DNA from: Cyanobacteria bacterium J06626_4
GTDB taxonomy: Bacteria > Cyanobacteriota > Cyanobacteriia > Phormidesmidales > Phormidesmidaceae
Assembly: GCA_038523235.1 (NCBI GenBank)
Contig: JBCBJQ010000110.1
Span: 1 to 19,153, forward strand
Direction of reading: 5' to 3'
Length of the DNA: 19,153 nucleotides
Part shown: one piece after another, positions 16,635-19,153 of the stretch
Layout: each line of letters opens with the position of its first letter
Position numbering within the stretch: the first letter of the stretch is position 1
Program-made: the position numbers and the translations under genes
The notes under the pieces: generated by a model
Told to the model about the DNA's origin: nothing
Database searches by the model: none
The model's input: only the letters and a program-made list of their open reading frames with translations

Positions 16635-17918
16635 ATGACTCAGGCCCTCTCTGATCTGGCGCGCGATCGCGGTATCCACTATTTCCTCATCTCCTTTACC
16701 GATCTGTTTGGTGTGCAGCGAGCCAAATTAGTGCCAGCGCCAAGCATTGATACGATGGCGGTCAACGGGGCGGGCTTTGCTGGATTTGCCGCCTGGCTCG
16801 ATATGACGCCTGCTGATCCAGATATCCTCGCGATTCCCGACCCCAACAGCCTGTTTCAACTGCCCTGGCAGCCCGATGTCGCCTGGATGCCCGCTGATCT
16901 TTATGGTGTAGACGGTGAACCGCTCGCCCAAACGCCGCGCCTAGTGCTGAAGCGGGTGCTGGCTCAGGCTGAGGAGTTGGGCTATCAGGTGTGTACGGGG
17001 GTGGAATGCGAATATTTTTTGCTGAATGCGGATGGCAGCGGTATTGCCGACAGTCGCGATCGTCAGGCCAAGCCCTGCTACGACCAGCAAGCCCTGATGC
17101 GGCAGTATGAGCTGATTCGCGAAATCTGCGATGGCATGTTAGCGCTGGGCTGGGGGCCGTATCAAAACGATCACGAAGATGCCAACGGTCAGTTTGAGAT
17201 GAACTGGACCTTTGACAACGCCTTGGTGACTGCCGATCGCCAAGCCTTTTTTCAATACATGGTCAAAACCATTGCCGAACGGCATGGGCTGCAGGCTACC
17301 TTCAAACCCAAGCCGTTTCCGCATCTGACGGGGAATGGCTGTCACATGCATCTCTCAATTTGGGATCGCGATCGCCAGTCCAATCTATTCCTCGATGATG
17401 AGGGAGAGCTGGGATTGTCGGCTCTGGGATACCAGTTTATTGGCGGCCTGCTGCATTCTGGCCCCGCTGTCTGTGCCTTTTCGAATCCGGCGGTGAACTC
17501 TTACCGTCGCATCAATGCCCCGGTCACGACGTCAGGGGCGACGTGGTCACCCAATACGCTGAGCTATAGCGGCAACAATCGCACCCATATGATCCGCATT
17601 CCCGAAGCGGGGCGCTTTGAGTTGCGGCTGGGGGACGGTGCGGCGAATCCCTACCTCCTCCCCGCTGCTGTCATCGCTGCTGGATTAGACGGCATCGCGA
17701 CCAAACGCGATCCGGGGCCGCGCTACGACAACAATGCCTATACTGAGCCGCTGCCGCTAGGCACGGTTAAAGCGCTGCCCCAGAGCCTGCTTGATGCCCT
17801 GAAGCAGCTAGAGCAAAATACCGTCCTCCCCGCAAGTATGGGGTCGGATTTCACGACGTCTTATCTGAAGCTGCAGCATCAGGCTTGGGCCGAGCACATT
17901 GCTCAGATGGCCGACTAA
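16635..17918 (+). CDS. glnT: GlnT/GmaS-type glutamate-amine ligase ('type III glutamate-ammonia ligase', gamma-glutamylmethylamide synthetase-like)
   Basis: Motifs 'YFLISFTDLFGVQRAKLVP', 'GAGFAGFAAWLDMTPA', 'GVECEYFL', 'KPCYDQQALMR', 'YQNDHEDANGQFEMN', 'PKPF..LTGNGCH', 'TTSGATWSP...YSGNNRTHMIRIP', 'RFELRLGDGAANPYL'. Confidence 0.9.
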   Translation: MTQALSDLARDRGIHYFLISFTDLFGVQRAKLVPAPSIDTMAVNGAGFAGFAAWLDMTPADPDILAIPDPNSLFQLPWQPDVAWMPADLYGVDGEPLAQTPRLVLKRVLAQAEELGYQVCTGVECEYFLLNADGSGIADSRDRQAKPCYDQQALMRQYELIREICDGMLALGWGPYQNDHEDANGQFEMNWTFDNALVTADRQAFFQYMVKTIAERHGLQATFKPKPFPHLTGNGCHMHLSIWDRDRQSNLFLDDEGELGLSALGYQFIGGLLHSGPAVCAFSNPAVNSYRRINAPVTTSGATWSPNTLSYSGNNRTHMIRIPEAGRFELRLGDGAANPYLLPAAVIAAGLDGIATKRDPGPRYDNNAYTEPLPLGTVKALPQSLLDALKQLEQNTVLPASMGSDFTTSYLKLQHQAWAEHIAQMAD

Positions 17919-17948
17919 ACTTGAGTTGAGGAGCATTCCACGCGCACC

Positions 17949-18344
17949 GTGATTTCGAAAGACCAGATGATGCCGTTGCTCATAGAAGCGTGTCCGTCCT
18001 TTCGGCTGAGCCTGGACGAGCATCGCCAGTATTATGGCGAGGAGATTACTTACGCTGTGCTCGGAGACTTCGCGCGTCACTTGCTCCAGCTTCATTATCA
18101 GCCTCAGACCGATGTATTCTCGGCAGTAGCACAGGTCATTGAGCGTTTTTATGTCGAGGGTGACCCCTACGTTCAAGAGGCAGCCACGATCGGTTTGCTT
18201 GAGGGGATTCAGAACGTCTGGGGCAACAACGATACTGATCCTGAGTTGTTCGTTCCATATTTGCTGCCCGTGAGTGCTCAATGGTGGCGGAGTCTAAACG
18301 ATTTCTGGAGCGGTAAGAGTAAGTTTGTTGGAGAAGGACTATGA
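17949..18344 (+). CDS. Small acidic all-alpha hypothetical protein (possibly immunity-protein-like)
   Basis: Clean 131-aa ORF with GAGGAG upstream and motifs 'LLIEACPSF', 'YAVLGDFARHL', 'IERFYVEGDPYVQEAATIGLLEGIQN' and 'W..LNDFW'. Confidence 0.7.
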   Translation: MISKDQMMPLLIEACPSFRLSLDEHRQYYGEEITYAVLGDFARHLLQLHYQPQTDVFSAVAQVIERFYVEGDPYVQEAATIGLLEGIQNVWGNNDTDPELFVPYLLPVSAQWWRSLNDFWSGKSKFVGEGL

Positions 18345-18461
18345 CACCTGACTATTTACTGCCGTGAACGGTGGCGGGTGGTCGGGTGAAATCTCAGAAT
18401 CCAGCCAGTCGCAGATAATCCTTCCGCTATGTATGGTGGAGAGAGACGTTCTACCCCAGCC

Positions 18462-18875
18462 ATGCTGCAAATTACGAAACGCACCGTCATTCCCCTGAGT
18501 GAAATCGAACTCAGCGCCGTGCGATCGCAGGGGGCCGGTGGCCAAAACGTCAACAAAGTTGCGACCGCAATTCACCTGCGGTTTGACATCAACGCCTCGT
18601 CGCTATCGCCCTTGTATAAGGAACGGTTGCTCAAGCTTAGTGACAGCCGTATCACCAAAGACGGCATCATCATTATCAAAGCGCAGCAGTACCGCACCCA
18701 AGAGCAAAACCGGGAAGATGCACTCAAGCGCCTGCAACAGTTACTCAAAAGCGTCACCGTCACTCCCAAAAAGCGTAAGCCCACAAAGCCCTCTAAAAGT
18801 GCTAATCGTAAGCGGCTTGATCGCAAGGCCAAACGCAGCCAAACCAAGGCCCTGCGCGGCAACGTCCGAGATTAG
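18462..18875 (+). CDS. arfB: Alternative ribosome-rescue peptidyl-tRNA hydrolase ArfB (YaeJ)
   Basis: 'EIELSAVRSQGAGGQNVNKVATAIHLRFDI' contains the GGQ motif, followed by 'RTQEQNREDAL.RL' and a basic tail 'KKRKPTKPS...KRLDRK'. The likely start is the ATG at 18462. Confidence 0.95.
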   Translation: MLQITKRTVIPLSEIELSAVRSQGAGGQNVNKVATAIHLRFDINASSLSPLYKERLLKLSDSRITKDGIIIIKAQQYRTQEQNREDALKRLQQLLKSVTVTPKKRKPTKPSKSANRKRLDRKAKRSQTKALRGNVRD

Positions 18876-18979
18876 CTGGGGCTAAGTGACTGAGCAGATG
18901 CAATCAGCTTTTGAAATTGGCCGGACAACTATGTTCCGTTGCATGCGCTTGTCATACATCAATCTCCCAATCCTAAAAA

Positions 18980-19153
18980 TCAAGCGTGTACAACACAACT
19001 AAAGAGTCCGATCAGGCTTCCAGATTTAGTGATTGCAACTGCTAGTCTTGGGCAAACACAACCGCCATTATAAAGATCAATACCTCTTCTTTTAATATCC
19101 TCTAAAGTATCAATACCTATAGATACAAATACGGGACTTTGCAAGTTTACTTG
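18980..19153 (-). CDS. 3' end of an AT-rich hypothetical gene entering from the right edge (not in the ORF track)
   Basis: The frame is open from the window end: QVNLQSPVFVSIGIDTLEDIKRRGIDLYNGGCVCPRLAVAITKSGSLIGLFSCVVHA, with a TGA stop at 18980-18982. Confidence 0.55.
   Translation of the reverse strand, partial: QVNLQSPVFVSIGIDTLEDIKRRGIDLYNGGCVCPRLAVAITKSGSLIGLFSCVVHA

Larger units (their letters stand above)
1632..18528. repeat. HIP1 octamer (GCGATCGC) dispersed repeats
   Basis: About 30 copies seen by eye, e.g. 1632, 1649, 2493, 2726/2732 (overlapping), 4172, 9866, 12916, 16490, 16663 and 18521. This is far above chance and is a hallmark of cyanobacterial genomes. Confidence 0.92.

Noticed and set aside
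16635..17918. Naming the ligase glnA or glnN
   Set aside because: Its length (427 aa) and motifs (GAGFAGFA, KPCYDQ, DHEDANGQFE, SGATW) match GlnT/GmaS, not GSI or the much larger cyanobacterial GlnN.
2057..18885. Numerous short alternative-frame and antisense ORFs in the track (e.g. 2057..2293, 4741..5139, 8234..8830, 11702..12160, 15511..16065, 17808..18281, 18499..18885)
   Set aside because: They overlap well-supported genes, show no recognisable motifs and are expected shadows in GC-rich coding DNA.
1..19153. CRISPR array, tRNA/rRNA genes, transposase or integrase
   Set aside because: No regularly spaced repeats, structural RNA signatures or mobile-element ORFs were seen. The only recurrent repeat is HIP1.

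Overview
Cyanobacterial chromosomal DNA, judged from about 30 HIP1 octamers (GCGATCGC, counted by eye) and a cyanobacterial-type L28. From left to right it carries: a partial AT-rich ArnT/GT39-like membrane glycosyltransferase, an ACT-domain protein, rpmB, an OsmF/OpuB-type osmoprotectant ABC transporter (binding protein, ATPase, one permease), a DUF4336 protein, a CNNM/CBS protein, a fused double peptide-type ABC ATPase, a multi-PAS diguanylate cyclase, a small exported protein and thiM. Next comes a three-gene block: a MocD-like membrane di-iron 'desaturase', a MetX/MekB-like alpha/beta hydrolase and a GlnT/GmaS-type glutamate-amine ligase. The window ends with a small acidic hypothetical gene, arfB and the 3' end of an AT-rich minus-strand gene. 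The most notable signal is that both transcription units of the three-gene block are preceded by a GTA-N8-TAC (NtcA-type) box. The first box has a canonical TATGAT -10 element 23 nt downstream. This suggests a nitrogen-starvation-induced pathway for scavenging an organic amine or amide rather than lipid desaturation or methionine synthesis. All family assignments come from motif recognition and recall, not from database searches.
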